Positions 50,930 to 64,000 of a stretch of DNA of 64,000 bases are shown one piece after another (position 1 is the stretch's first letter; each line of letters opens with the position of its first letter). The stretch covers positions 140,494,001 to 140,558,000 of the forward strand of contig CM059431.1 of the NCBI GenBank assembly GCA_030390025.1, written 5' to 3'. The DNA is from Squalus acanthias. Its lineage: Eukaryota. Made by a program: the position numbers and the translations under genes. The notes beneath the pieces are model-generated. The model had not been told where the DNA came from and did no database searches. It worked only from the letters and a program-made list of their open reading frames with translations.

Positions 50930-51300
50930 AGAGGCAGGTGGGACACAGGAATAGGGGAACGATACTACTGGCAGATTGTATAGTCAGGGGAATAAACAAA
51001 CTTTTCTGCAGCCCTGAGCATATCACAAATGGTTAGCTGCCTCCCTGGTGCCAGTGGGAATAACATCTTTGAACGGGTGGGACCACTTCTGGGAAGCAAA
51101 GGAGAGCAGAAAATAGCCATGTTCGGAACCAGTAACACGGATAGAAATACGTTGAGAGAAGGACTATTAAGACGTAGGCATCAACCTAAGAAACAGGCTT
51201 CACGCTGTTGAGCCCCGGATTGTTTTGTAGTTGGCAGCTTAATGTGGGAAATATGAACCTGGTCAATTTGCGGCTGCAGGGCTGGAGCAGGAGGGGAGCT
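50930..51300 (+). mobile_element. CR1 ORF1 (SGNH esterase-like) remnant in NLR intron
   Basis: ILLADCIVRG...FC...MVSCLPGA resembles the GDSIVRG...VCCLPGA block of CR1 ORF1. Confidence 0.55.
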
Positions 51301-52899
51301 TTCACGTTCTTGGGGCGCTAGAGTGAGTTCCGTTGGAAGGGAAGGGACGGTCGCCCTCTGTACCGAACAACAATAATGGTTTTACAGAAAAGGTAAATGG
51401 AGCAGTGGGAGGGTATCAGGGGATATGACTGGAGATTGGGAAATATCCGGATCTGAGACGAGAGAGCGTAATTCATAAAAATGCTGGAGTTGAAACAGAA
51501 TTTTAAGAAATAGTGAAAAGGTATTGGCAAGAAAAAGGGAAAGTGGATTTGAGAAATGAGAGATAAAGTTGTTTTTTTTAAAACGAAGAAACGGGGACAA
51601 GTCACCATTTCAAACATTGGAGCTAGTATTGAGTGTTGTGCGTGTGTGAGTGTACAAATCATTCGAAACTTTCAGAAGCATGAGAAATGTGATCTAGTAT
51701 CTATAAGACAGGGCCTTGGTTTTCACAGGACTCAGAGGGAGATGTTTCTGGTGATAACATGTTGACGGAGGAGCAAACAATTTGTCAACGGCAGTATTAA
51801 TAAAGCGTTCTATGACAGCGCAAGAACAACAGCAAGAACAAACTGGCGTTTATATATCGGCATTAATGTTGAAAAACGTCTCAAGGTGCTTCACATGAGT
51901 GTTATCAAACAAAATTTGATACCGAGTCACATAAGGAGATATTAGGACAAGTAAAATTTAAGGAATTTCTGAAAGGAGGAGAGCGCGAGAGAGGCGGAGT
52001 GGTTTAGAACATACGGGTGTTCCAGGGAGCTATGCTAAGATGGAATTCATATGTAGGCAGTTCAGAAACAGAAGGGAAATAGCACAATTCTCAGTGGGTT
52101 TTGCAGGCCAGCAAGCAGTGGAGGTGAGATAGAGGGGTGGCTGGGGAAACTAGTTGTGAAGGATGCAATTTTGGTGAGAAACAAAATATTTCCTTTACTT
52201 TCTAAAAGTGATGGTGGAAGTGAAGTTTTGATGTACTAGAGGAGGATGTGGGTCCACAGTTAGAGATCACTGTAGAGAAGGATTTGGATCTGAGTAAAAT
52301 AGCCGAGGTGGAGAAGTCACTGGGCTCAGAGATAATGCACCCCAGGCTGTTAAAGGAAGTCATAGAGGAGATAGGAGGGACTGACCACAACATTTCAACC
52401 CACGTTTAATATCAAAAATATACAGGTGGACTGAAGGAGCCCAAGTAATGTTTCTGTTCTAATGTGGAGAGAGGATGAACCTTGTAACTGGAGACAATTG
52501 AGTAGAAACTCCTTAAATCTGTTAATTCAGGTCGAATTAGCGAGCATTTAGCGAGAAAGAGGATGATGAGGGGAGGCTGGAACGGATTAGCTGTAGAAAA
52601 GTCGTATATGACAATGTTACGAACAATGACGGACAGGTAACTACCCTTTGGTCTATCCAGACTTTCCCAGGCAATTGCGATACTTTGTCATACTTTGTTC
52701 TAGCTGTCCCAAAGAAAAACATTTGACCTCCTGGGTGAGGTGGAAAAAAACAGGTAAAAACACAGGCCAATTTGGGCGATTAAAATACTGGAAATTCTTC
52801 TCCGACCCATCTAGGCGAATGAAACAAGTCCAGCAGATCAATCTTACACTGAATTCCCGGAAGTGCCAACCTGTTGTAAGAGGTGATGTCCGCCCTAAA

Positions 52900-53570
52900 C
52901 AGGAACAGGTTCAGCTCTCGCCTGAAGGAATTCAGAGAGTCAGCGTCCACCGCCAAAGAAGGTATCCTGTTCCACAGGTCGACTATTCACTGGGAAAATA
53001 ACCACCTCCTGATATCTTACTTAAATCTGGCCTTGCACAACTTAAAATTGTGACCCCTGGCCCTCCCAAACCTATTGGAACAAACTGTTAAATGGAACAC
53101 AATCGATTCCCTTCATCATCTTATAAACCTCAATCAGATCACCTCTGAGTCTTTGCTTCTCTAAACTGTAGAGTCCAAATTCTTAGCCTATCTTGATAAC
53201 TAAGTTATTTATACTGGGAATTAGTCTAATGTCCCTCCTCTGCAATAGCTTCAAAGCCTCAATATCACCCACCATGTGAGGAGACCGAAACTGGGCACAG
53301 TATTCCAAGTGAGGCCTTTACCAAGGTCTTGTACTAGGACAAAATAGGTCCTCTTATACCTAACTGTCCTATGAATGCTCCCTCTTTGCTCTAGCTATCG
53401 CGTCACGGCATTGCTCCTGTACCTTTAGAGATGTATGCACTAGAATGCCCGGATCTTCCTTTCTCCCGCTTATTTAATGCTTCTCCATGAAGGGTGTATG
53501 GATGCTGAGCATTCGCACTGCCCACAGGCACAACACGGCATTTATCCAAGCTAAACATAATTTGCCAGTA
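52900..53570 (-). mobile_element. Degenerate CR1-type fragment
   Basis: Reverse complement encodes remnants of RPHLEYC.QF and RGDLIEVYK. Confidence 0.65.
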
Positions 53571-53784
53571 ATGTGCCCAATCTCCCAACACATTAAGATG
53601 CAGTTTTGTTGAGACGTGACGATACAGGTTGATCGAATTTTTAATTGCGCTGTATATTTCGGTTATCAGAGGGTGTGTGATAATGTGGCTCACAGGAGGC
53701 TTTAGCCGTTTGGTATACGATGAATTGTAGCCGCCTGGTTAGAAAGTGGATAATGTGTTTAATTTTCTCCATTTGTGTTCACAG

Positions 53785-53951
53785 ATCCGAACTCAATAAT
53801 CACTGAGTTCTTGACAAAGTGCGACGATTACCAGCTGTTCCAGTTGACGAAATTCTACCGGGACAGACTGGAACGGGCGATTGAAGGAGGGGTGGACGGA
53901 GTCAGCTCATTGTTAACATACGAGAGTCATTTCAGTGGACAAGAACATCGG
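53785..53951 (+). CDS. NLR gene exon, N-terminal (death-fold-like) domain part 1
   Basis: ttcacag acceptor and |GTAAGT donor. Open frame DPNSIITEFLTKCDDYQLFQLTKFYRDRLERAIE...EHR. Phases 1 to 0. Confidence 0.8.
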
Positions 53952-54689
53952 GTAAGTGGGAGGGACAGAGAATGAGTTTGGATTATTTAAACATCACAGA
54001 GCTGACAGGATATCAGATCTTAGAATCAGAGAATCTTACACAAGAGAAACACGCCAAATAGGAAAGAAATGGATAAAACTGAAAATATTGTGAATCTGAA
54101 ACAATGATATGAAGAGGTGAAAATACCCAGCGGATCCGTCAGAATCTGTACAAAGGACAGGGGAACGGTTCGTCTATAACACTTGTGTGGACTGAAAACA
54201 AAGGGAAACAGTTTTAGTGGGACTGGGAAAAGGAGAGATCAGAGGCAAAAGACAGGGATTAAAGGGAGGGTCATGAGTTTACTTACCGGGAAACTACTTG
54301 ACGTAAATTAAGGAACGATCATCTGTGGCGTAAATGATAGACATTTCAAGAACAAAAACAAAAAGGTAAAATGCTTAAAATGTATGAGAACCGAACAGGA
54401 AAACTAACTCCCAAAAAATGAGAATTGAAAACCCGACGCTGTGCAGGTTTTTCCTCCCTCTCCATCACCGGGGGTCAATTCCAACTTCGGCAAAGACTCT
54501 ATACCGCAGGTGGAACCTGCCGTGGAGCGTCACTCCCCGGGAGAGCACTTCAGGAAATTACAGCAAGCAGCCTGTACATTTCTGTCAGTTACCTTTAATG
54601 GAATAGAACTAAATGGAAATGATAATCGGGCAGGGTGTATAATGACGGTCGACCTGCTACCAACTTTCCCACATAATCTAGGTAATTTA

Positions 54690-55145
54690 CTCTAATCCCC
54701 AACCTCCTGCTCACTGCACATTACCGTTAATATCCCACCTAGTCTAATCCCATCCTCCTGCTCACTACCCATTACCGTTAATATCCCACCTAGTCTAACC
54801 CAACCTCCTGCTCACTACACATTACCGTTAATATCCCACCTAGTCTAATCCCATCCTTCTGCTCACTGCACTTTACTGTTAATATCCCATCTAGTCTAAT
54901 CTCAACCTCCTGCTCACTACCCATACCGTTAATATCCCAATTAGTCTAATCCCAAACTCCTGCTCACGACCCATTACCGTTAATATCCCACCTAGTCTAT
55001 CCCAACCTCCTGCTCACTGCCCATTACCGTTAAAAACCCACCTAGTCTAATCCCAACCTCCTGCTCACCACCCATTACTGTTAATATCCCACCTAGTCTA
55101 ATTCCAACCTCCTGCTGACTGCATGTGGTTAGTATCCCAATTAGT
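54690..55145. repeat. 51-bp minisatellite, ~9 copies (intronic)
   Basis: Unit ctaatcccaacctcctgctcactacccattaccgttaatatcccacctagt. Confidence 0.92.
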
Positions 55146-56234
55146 CCAGGTGTATTCTTCTGTTCACTCCCCATACTCCAGCATTCCTTTCTCTCCACGC
55201 AGCAGTAAAAATAGATTTTATCAAAAAAATGTCGACTTGCTTCCACAATAGTTTGTGGGATTGAATTATGCTTTCTAACCACCTCGTGTGTAAATTCATT
55301 TATCAAACTTCACCTCGAATTCTTCGAATTAGCCTTAATATGTGCCCTCTGGCCAATCAGTGGAAACTATCAGTAACTATTTATTTGATCATAACTCTTC
55401 AGAATCTGAAGACTTGCAGCAACTCCTCACTTAATCTGCTCACCTCTAGTGGAATGTGCCCAATGTTCTCAAATCGTATCTCTAATAGTAACTCCACATC
55501 CCTGGTAACATCCTAGTGCAATTACACGCCAGTTTTTCCATTGCTTTTCATTCTATAAATAGAGTGTCCAGACCTGTACACAACTGGGTAAATTACCTGT
55601 TCCTATGCTCTTGCTGTGGAACGTCACTCCCTAGGGGGGAACATGAGGAAATTCAGATTTATCAGTCTATCATTTGCCGTACGCTCACTTTAATGGTTTG
55701 ATTTCTGCACCATTGTGTTTACGGAGTGAGTGACTGGGGGATGAAATAGTGGTAGTTTCATAGTTTTGTAATTGGCCAGATTTTGCGGTAGAAATAAAAG
55801 TGGGGCTAACAGCGCTCACTGTCATTAAAGTGTAAATTGGACAGCAACTTCCAGCGACCGCACATGCGGAGTTAAACAGGAAAATCGGGAAGGTCCTGTC
55901 CGAGTTTCCCTGCTGCTCCCAAAGTTGCGCGAGAATGGTATCTCGCCGAGTAACTCGCCATTGAAATGCATGGAACGGCTTAGCATTACTGCACTTACCT
56001 GATAGATATACACACGAAACTCGCCAGGAAAAGCCAGGGCTTGCCTATTCCAGTGCACTTATTTGTTTAACGGCGTGATCAGTCTTAACTAATGCCAGAC
56101 AACTTCTCTTGCACAGAAAATTAAGTTTTACAAGCGTGGATCTCATTCCTTCGGATTTTAATTATTGTTGGAGCTGTACAAACAAAAATTCTATAATGTT
56201 TGTACCTTTTCTTTCTGTCTCTTTTTCGCTCCCT

Positions 56235-56625
56235 CTGAACATAAGAAGATAAGAAATAGGAGCAGGAGTGGGACATTTGTCCCTTCGAGCCTGCTCCGCC
56301 ATTCAATAAGATAATGGCTGATCTTCTACCTCATCTCCCCTTTCCTGCACTTTGCACCTATCCCTTGATTCCCTTAAGATTTAAAAATCTATCGATCTCT
56401 GTCTTGAATATACTCAACGACTGAGCCTCCACAGCCCTCTGGGGGATAGAATTCCAAAGATTCACCACCCTCTAAGTGAAGAAATTTCTGCTCATCTCAG
56501 TCCTAAATGGCCGACCCCTTTTTCTGAGACTGTGACCCCTGGTTCTAGACTCCCCAGCCAGGGGAAGCATCCTCCCTGCATCTACCCTATCAAGCCCTGA
56601 AATAATTTTGTATGTTTCAGCGAGA
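56235..56625 (-). mobile_element. CR1 3' end
   Basis: Same 3' UTR and ORF2 end as the other CR1 copies. Confidence 0.85.
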
Positions 56626-56829
56626 TGCATTCTGAATCCAATCTTTCTTTCCCTATCTTTATTTCACTTCCTGCAGGTCATTTGACAATGCATTCTATAT
56701 TCTAATAAAACATTCCTGGTTCAGACTTTGCCTAAGGATTCCTCAAGCTGATTGGTTAAGGAAACATACTGTTGCTTCTCCTGTTCCCTGTAGAGGGCGC
56801 TGGGCGTTTTGGCTCTAATTTACACTGTC

Positions 56830-58600
56830 GATGAAGGAACGGCGATATATGTTCAAGTCAGGATCGTATGTTATTTGAAGTGGAACTTGGAGGTGGTGGT
56901 GTTTCCATGCGGATGCTGCTCTGGTCCTTCTTGGTGGCAGAGTCCGCGAGTTTAAGAGGTGTTGTCAAAGAAGCCTTGGCGAACTACTGCAGTTATTTCT
57001 GTAAATAGCACACACTGCAGCAATGGTGCACCGTTGGTGGAGGGATTGGATGTTTAAGGTGGTGAGTGGGCTGCCGATGAAGCGTATTTCTCTGTCCGGG
57101 ATTGCGTGGAACTTCTTGAGTGTTGTTGCAGCTGCAGCGATCCAGGCAAGTGGGGAGTTTTCCATCACACGCCGCAGTTGTGCCTTGAAGGTGCAGGAGA
57201 TACTTCTGGATGGCCAGGATTTGAGCCACTCGCCACAGAATAACCAAGCTCTGACCTTCTCTAGTAGCCACGAGTTTTTTTGTGGCTAGTCAATGGTAGG
57301 GATTTGACGATGTCAATGCCAGTGAATGATAAAGGGGCATGGTTGAACTCTCTTTATGGAGATGGGCATGGCCTGGCACTTGTGTGGCGCGAATGTTACT
57401 TGCCAATTATCCGCCCAAGCCTAGATTTTGTCCAGGTCATGCTGCATGCATCTGACGAATTGAAAATGGAGCTGAACCCTGTGCAATCATCAGAGAGCAT
57501 CCCCACTCCGAGCTTTATGATGGAGGGAAGGTAATTGACGAAGCAGCTGTATGGTTAGTCCGAGGACACAGCCCCGAGGAACTCCTGCAGTGATGTCCTG
57601 TTGCTGAGACGATTCGCCTCCAACAACCACACTCCATGGTGCCACACACGTCGAACACTGCCTTGATGTCAAGCACAGTCACTCTCACCTCACAGCTGGA
57701 ATTCCTTGTTTGGGTCGATTGGTCCTGGTGGAACTCAACTTAAGCCTCGGTGAGCAGCTTATTTGTGATTAAGTGCTGCTTGATAGCAGTGTTAATGATT
57801 GAGTGTAGGCTGATAGGGCGGTAATTGGTCGGGTTGTATTTGTCATGCTCTGTGTGAACAGGTCACACCTGGACAATTCTGTACATTGTCGGGCAGATTG
57901 CAATGCTGTGGATGTGCTGGAACAACTTGACTAGAGGTGTGGTTAGTTCCAGAGCACAGATCTTCAACACTACAGTCAGAATGTTGACGGGACCTGTAGC
58001 ATTTACTGTGCCCAGTGTAGTCACTTGTTTCTTGATATCGAATTGCGGGGCAACTAGGCAGAAAAACTCACATGTAATTTAGATTCTGGACCTTTTGACA
58101 CCTTTAATGCTTCCTCCAAGTTGTGTTCAAAAAAGAGGAGCACTGATTCATCGGCTGAGGGAGGGTGGTACGTGGTAATCAGCAGGAGGTTTCCGTGCCC
58201 ATATTTGACCTGAAGGCATGAGATTTAATTGGCTCTGGAGTAAATGTTAATGATTCCCAGGGCACTTGCATCTGAGGGTATATCACTGTGCCCCACCACT
58301 GGTGGGTCTGTCCTGCCGGTGGGACAGGAAATACCGATGAATGCTGATGGAGGTGCCTGGGACGTTGGCTAATAACTATGATTTTATAAGTACCACTGCG
58401 TCACGCAGTTGCTTGACTAATGTGGTCCACTTCTCCCCACTTTGGCACCAGTCCCCAGATGTTAGTGAGGAGGGCTTTGCCGGGTTGACTGGGCTGGTTG
58501 TTCCTTCTTCGTGTCCAAATCCAATGCTGAAGCCGAGCGGTCCGCCCGGTTTTATTCTACCGTATCTTTCTAAGGGCTTTATAGGCCATTTCAGAGGCCA
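56830..58600 (-). mobile_element. Degenerate non-LTR retrotransposon (same family as 48640-49620)
   Basis: Collinear similarity to 48790-49620 (MENSPLAWIAAAATTLKK; AGVPRGCVLG). Confidence 0.65.
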
Positions 58601-59577
58601 TCACATTGGTGAAGGACTGGAGTCAAGCTTCGACCATTAGGTTTTATGACAATCTTTACGAATATCAGCTTTTTATATCGAAATGTTTCAAATTCGAATT
58701 TGAATTCAAATTCATGAAACAACCACGATGGGATTTGAACCGTTGTCTCTGGATTACTCGCCCAGTAATATAACGAACTCACTATTGTTCTCCACGCCTC
58801 GTCGTCTCTGTGTCCATTGTCAGATTGCACCTCTGTGAAGTGCCTTTCGTCGTTTTATTTTCCGCATTAAAGGTGTTATATAAATATAAGCTTTGATGAT
58901 GAAATTCCTTACTACAGCAACCCCATTGCTGGATATCAGTTCCCGGTTACCGAGGTTTCATACCGGCAGCGGGTGTGCAAAATAATGGGTTCCAGACATG
59001 TCAATTACCGAGGGAAATAGTGATCAGATTTTTTAGCATTATTTTTATTGTTCGATTCTCCCGCCCTATACATCAACAGTGATGGTTTCGATTAGTCAAT
59101 GATAATTTCTCAGGCAGTTTGCTAATTTTTCTCTCACTTCAGCTTCTTTCCTTCCCTGCAACTGGAGTTCTGACTCGCTGATGTTTTATTTCTCAATAAA
59201 TCTCAAAGTGTAGCAGCAGGAAAAAATGTGAGAAACGAGTTTATCACTTCATTACTGAATTGTTTATTCAGTAATTTGATGTCATGTTGCACACTGAAGA
59301 ACAGAGACAACTAATCACGTTACTAGTGCTGCAGATTCTCAGTGCTTTCTCGCTTTCCGAGAACTTTAATTCATCACATTTCTTTGCCATTAATGACTGA
59401 ATCAAGATGCTTACAGAATCTTCAGCCCCTTTTCACAATGGATCAGTATCCGGTCCAGTGACTGCTCTCTGTTCTCAACAACTGGGAGATCCCATCACTG
59501 TGCAGATCATTTTCTTCTCATTCTCAGTGTGTATCTTTCACTTCGCTACTCAATATATTCATTATTATTGTTTACAG

Positions 59578-59749
59578 AAAGTCACTGAGCTCGTGGAGAA
59601 GGGTAACCGGGCGGACAGTTCCAAACTTCTCCTAAATCTGGTGATGGAGAAAGGCTCCAGGGCCCGAAGGGTGATGTGGGAATACTTCGTGAAAATGCGC
59701 CACGGGGTACCGAAGCTGGACAAAATACTGAAAGAATTACAGGAACTTG
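59578..59749 (+). CDS. NLR gene exon, N-terminal domain part 2
   Basis: tttacag acceptor and G|GTACGG donor. KVTELVEKGNRADSSKLLLNLVMEKG...VMWEYF...LDKILKELQEL. Phases 0 to 1. Confidence 0.8.
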
Positions 59750-59848
59750 GTACGGTAAAATCACACTGAATTCAAATTCAGATTCAAAAACGATTTTATT
59801 ACAATATTTCACAGATCAGAATTCATGAAAGCTAATTGATTTAAACAG

Positions 59849-59914
59849 GTTCTGATCCATTTGATTACATGAACATCGCACGAGGTGTATCCGAAATACC
59901 CAGTCACCTGAAAG
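59849..59914 (+). CDS. NLR gene 66-nt linker exon
   Basis: aacag acceptor and G|GTAAGT donor. Frame-preserving (GSDPFDYMNIARGVSEIPSHLK). Confidence 0.75.
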
Positions 59915-60174
59915 GTAAGTGATGAAATGGAGATTTCAATACATTTATTTCACTATAGAATCCGAATGTTTGACTGGAGCCGATTGATTAAAGATTGTCA
60001 GAATCTGGGAATGAGAGGTTCAAAGGCTAAGGAAATAGGATTGAACATTGTTTGGACACGTGATTAAACCACAACAGTTCTGCATAGATTCAATTTACAA
60101 TTAAGGCCGATTTTTGAATTATTGGGGACATTTGCAAATCTTGTCTGCTCCAGTGATTGCATCACACATCGCAT

Positions 60175-61170
60175 ACACGTGGCAGGATCCTGATACACTG
60201 CGAAATCCCATACACACCTGGCAGGATCCTGATACACTGTGAAACCCCATACACTCCTGGCAGGATCCTGATACACTACGAAATCCCATACACACCTGGC
60301 AGGATCCTGATACACTGTGAAACCCCATACACACCCGGCAGGATCCTGATATACTGTGAAACCCCATACACACCTGGCAGGATACTGATACACTGTGAAA
60401 TTCCATACACCCCTGGCAGGATCCTGATATACTGTGAAACCCAAACACACCTGGCAGGATCCTGATACACTGTGTAACCCCATACACACCGGGCAGAATC
60501 TTTATATACTGTGAATTCACATACTCACTTGGCACGATCCTGATCCACTGCAAAACCCCGTACACACCTGGCAGGATACCGATACACTGTGAAACCCCAT
60601 ACACGTTTGGCAGGATCCTGATACACTGTGAAATCCCATACACTCCTGGCAGGATCCCCATAGAGTATGAAACCCCATACACACCTGGCTGGATCCTGAT
60701 ACACTGTGAAACCCCATACACAACTGGCAGGACACCGATACACTGTGAAACCCCATTCAAGGCTGGCAGGATCCTGATGCACTGTGAAACGCCATACACA
60801 CCTAGCAGGGTCTTGATACACTGTGAAACCCCATACACACCTGGCAGGATCCTGATACACTGTGAAACCCCATTCAAGGCTGGCAGGATCCTGATGCACT
60901 GTGAAACGCCATACACACCTGGCAGGGTCTTGACACACTGTGAAACCCCCTACACATCAGGCAGGATCCTCATACACTGTGAAACCCCATACATACCTGG
61001 CGGGATCCCAATACACTACGAAACCCCATATACACCTGGCAGGAGACGGATACACTGTGAACGCCTATACACACCTGGTAGGATCCCGATACACTGTGAA
61101 ACCCCATACACACCTGGCAAGTTCCTAATATACCCTGAAACTCCATACACATCTGGCAGGATACCAATCC
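60175..61170. repeat. 39-bp minisatellite, ~25 copies (intronic)
   Basis: Unit ggcaggatcctgatacactgtgaaaccccatacacacct. Gives 13-aa periodic ORFs in several frames. Confidence 0.95.
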
Positions 61171-62695
61171 ATGTGAATCCCCAGGAACATGAGGAAAAGG
61201 TCATGTTATGGCTGATTTGAAATTGATTGGAGCGATTACCTCTAGCAGTAAAACAGACAAACTAAGAACACAGAAGCTTTTTGCACTGAAAGAAGCGTCA
61301 TTTCATTTAGGGGGATTTTGAATCCCAATTTACTGATTATCAGAAACATATTTGTAATTTTCAAAACTACATTGTAGGAAACTCGTATCCAAATGAAACG
61401 TTGGAGTTTAATAATTGTAACTGTTGAAATGAACTCTCAATCTTTTCTTCCCTAACGTAATACTGAGTGGAGTCGGCGGTAGTTCAATTTTAATTCTGAT
61501 CGTTTATCGGATGAGACTGTTATTTAAAAATAATATAAGTGTAAAATTACTGAAAGCTGATCGCATTTTCTGAAACACAACAGGAGGATGTTTAGGGGAA
61601 GAAAAGGCCACTTTTGTCCAAACCAGTCTGTACCTGTCAGAGATGAACCCACCTGCCCTCCTCTCAGTGTATCCACAGAAACACAACCAATTGTCTCTTT
61701 CCACTATTACACTGCCCCTTGGTGTCCTCCCTGGTAACTGGTCTCCCACTCTATTACCCTTTGGTGAAAATGATTACTCTGATTTCCCTTCTTAGTCCTG
61801 CTTCCTAGTGTCAGTTTTCTCTTAATTAATTGTGTTAATTGTGAATCTCATTCCGGCATTAATTATGTGACTTCCGTCAGAAATTCTGATCAATAATTCA
61901 GTATCCAAAGTCTCTTATTCCAAACTGTACAAATCTAACACCGCACCCTTTCCTCTGCCTTAATTGTGCCTTAATCATCTTATTTCTCTCTGCACCTTCA
62001 GCATTGCAATAACATTATTCCTGTGGATATGTGATTAGAAGCACACACAATACCTGCCGAGGATTTCGCACACTAACTGTGGAACTTCTGTCCATTCACA
62101 ACGTGTGCCTCTCCCAGCGCACACTACCCCAGATAATCTGCTCAAGGGTTGATATGGTAACAGTGCAAGTTCTGTCCATTCACTGTCTGTCCCTCTCACA
62201 ATACCCACACTAACCCAGGTAACTTGCCCAATGCCTGATACAGTAACAGTGGATCTTCTGCACATTGTCCCTCTCGGTGAGCTATCAATCCCGTTATCCA
62301 CTGCGGCAGAAGGGAAACACCACTGACAGTTTCAGAGATTGATCCACTAGAACCTCTACTGTCGTATAATCAGAATCATGTGTGTATTTGTAATGAGATG
62401 TCTATAACACAGGGCAGGCCGGATAGTATTAAACATCAGAGGGAAAATATCACCTTCATAGAAATCTCCATGTTCAGTGAATATTAGAATCAAGTCAGGA
62501 TTTGAAACTTTTCTCGGCCATTGTTCACTTTCAAATGAGGTATCCATTAACTGATATTTAATTTCTACACGCACCTCTATTGAAGCAGTGAATTAAATCT
62601 TGCAATATTTTACTGAACATTAAAAAGTATTGAGAAGATGTTTTTTGTCAATACCACTAACATTGCGAACCTCTTTCTGACTGTTATAATTGAAG

Positions 62696-64000
62696 ATGTT
62701 CAAAAGAGACACAAGGAAACACTCCGGTTACAAACTGAGACACTGAGAGTGAACACTTTCCTAATAAAGGAGGAGGTTAAGGTTTTCCAGCTGGTTGATC
62801 GATACGCTGAAATAACGGTAATTTCTACTGTTCGAGATCGGACACTTGTAGAACATGAACTGCTGGCAAGAGGCCGAGATCATGAAGAGTGGATAGAGAA
62901 ACATCTCCGGGGAGAACTGGAGAAAATCCGACCTGATCAATTGTTCCAAAGCAGTTTTTCCTGGACAGGCAATTTGCTCCAGAAAATTAAGGGAGTCTTC
63001 TGGCGATCCAATTCTGGGAGTTCAGGAGCAGTGAGCGGAGTCCCGGGGATTGGAAAAACAACAATGGTACAAAAGATTGTTCATGACTGGGTCACTGGGA
63101 AAATATACCCACATTTTCAATTTGTTTTCAGCTTTAAATTCCGGGATTTAAACGCCATTAACTGTAGAATAAACCTGAGGAATCTGATACTGGATCTGTA
63201 TCCTTACTTTGGGAATGTTCTGGGAGAGCTCTGGAAGAACCCAGCGGGATTGCTGTTTATATTCGATGGTTTGGATGAATTCAAGGACAGGATCGATTTT
63301 GCTGACAATCGGAGAAATACAGAACCTCAGCACATGTGCACAGATCCCGAAGACTGGTTTGAAGTGTCTGACATTGTGTACAGTTTAATACAGCATAAGC
63401 TGCTCCCAGGATGTTCAGTGCTAGTGACCAGTCGCCCCACTGCATTACATTTACTGGAAAAGGCTGAGATTAGTGTCTGGGCTGAAATCCTGGGATTTGT
63501 TGGTGAAGAACGGAAGGAATATTTCAACAAGTTTTTTGAAGATGAGACGGTGGCAGCAGCTGTTTTGAAACACGTGGAGGAGAACGAGATCCTGTGCACA
63601 ATGTGCTACAACCCTTCCTACTGCTGGATTCTCGGGCTCTCACTGGGTCCGTTCTTTACACAAAGGGACAGGGAACAGCAGCGAGTTCCCAAGACCATCA
63701 CCCAACTATATTCCTACTATATTTACAAAATTCTGAAAAACCATGACCGAGAGATTGAAAGGCCCCGTGATGTGTTACTGAAGCTTGGTGAGATGGCCTT
63801 CACAGGAGTCTCTGAAGAGAAGATTGTGTTTAGAAATGGAGATTTGATCAAGTATAATCTGCAACCTTCCCAGTTCCTGTCTGGGTTCATGATGGACCCT
63901 TTGGAGAGAGATGATTCTGCCCAGAGCGTTGTGTACACATTCCCGCACCTCACCATCCAAGAGTTTGTAGCCGCACTCGCACAATTCCTGACTCCAGATC
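62696..64000 (+). CDS. NLR gene NACHT exon (NLRC3/NLRP3-like), open to the window end
   Basis: Manual translation has no stops: Walker A GVPGIGKTT, Walker B LLFIFDGLDE, sensor VLVTSRP, CYNPSYCWI, winged-helix YTFPHLTIQEFVAA. Confidence 0.95.

Noticed and set aside
60064..61220. Repetitive ORFs or a CRISPR-like array
   Set aside because: Head-to-tail 39-bp minisatellite with no unique spacers. The ORFs arise because 39 is a multiple of 3, and the context is a eukaryotic intron.

Overview
Eukaryotic, repeat-rich vertebrate DNA, most likely from a cartilaginous fish (shark-type CR1 LINEs, Deu-type SINE, Penelope-like palindromes, GPR139-like receptors, shark-type NLR gene). The centrepiece is a lightly decayed, minus-strand endogenous retrovirus (20707-33870). 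It has ~1.66-kb TG...CA LTRs, an AGAG target-site duplication and an 18-nt tRNA-Arg PBS. Its Gag has a coiled coil, overlapping PSAP/PPxY late domains and a CCHC knuckle. The gag-pol junction is UGA-CUAG (readthrough type). Pol carries a tether plus a second RNase H and an unusually long acidic integrase tail. Env looks like a Mononegavirales/F-type fusion protein (lokiretrovirus-like) with an apparent N-terminal immunoglobulin domain. After integration, 855 bp of host flank was duplicated into the provirus between env and the 3' LTR. The window also holds two GPR139-like GPCR pseudogenes, the 5' half of an apparently intact NACHT/NLR gene, nested CR1 LINEs, Penelope-derived hammerhead-type motifs and several minisatellites. 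All family calls come from motif reading; no database search was run.
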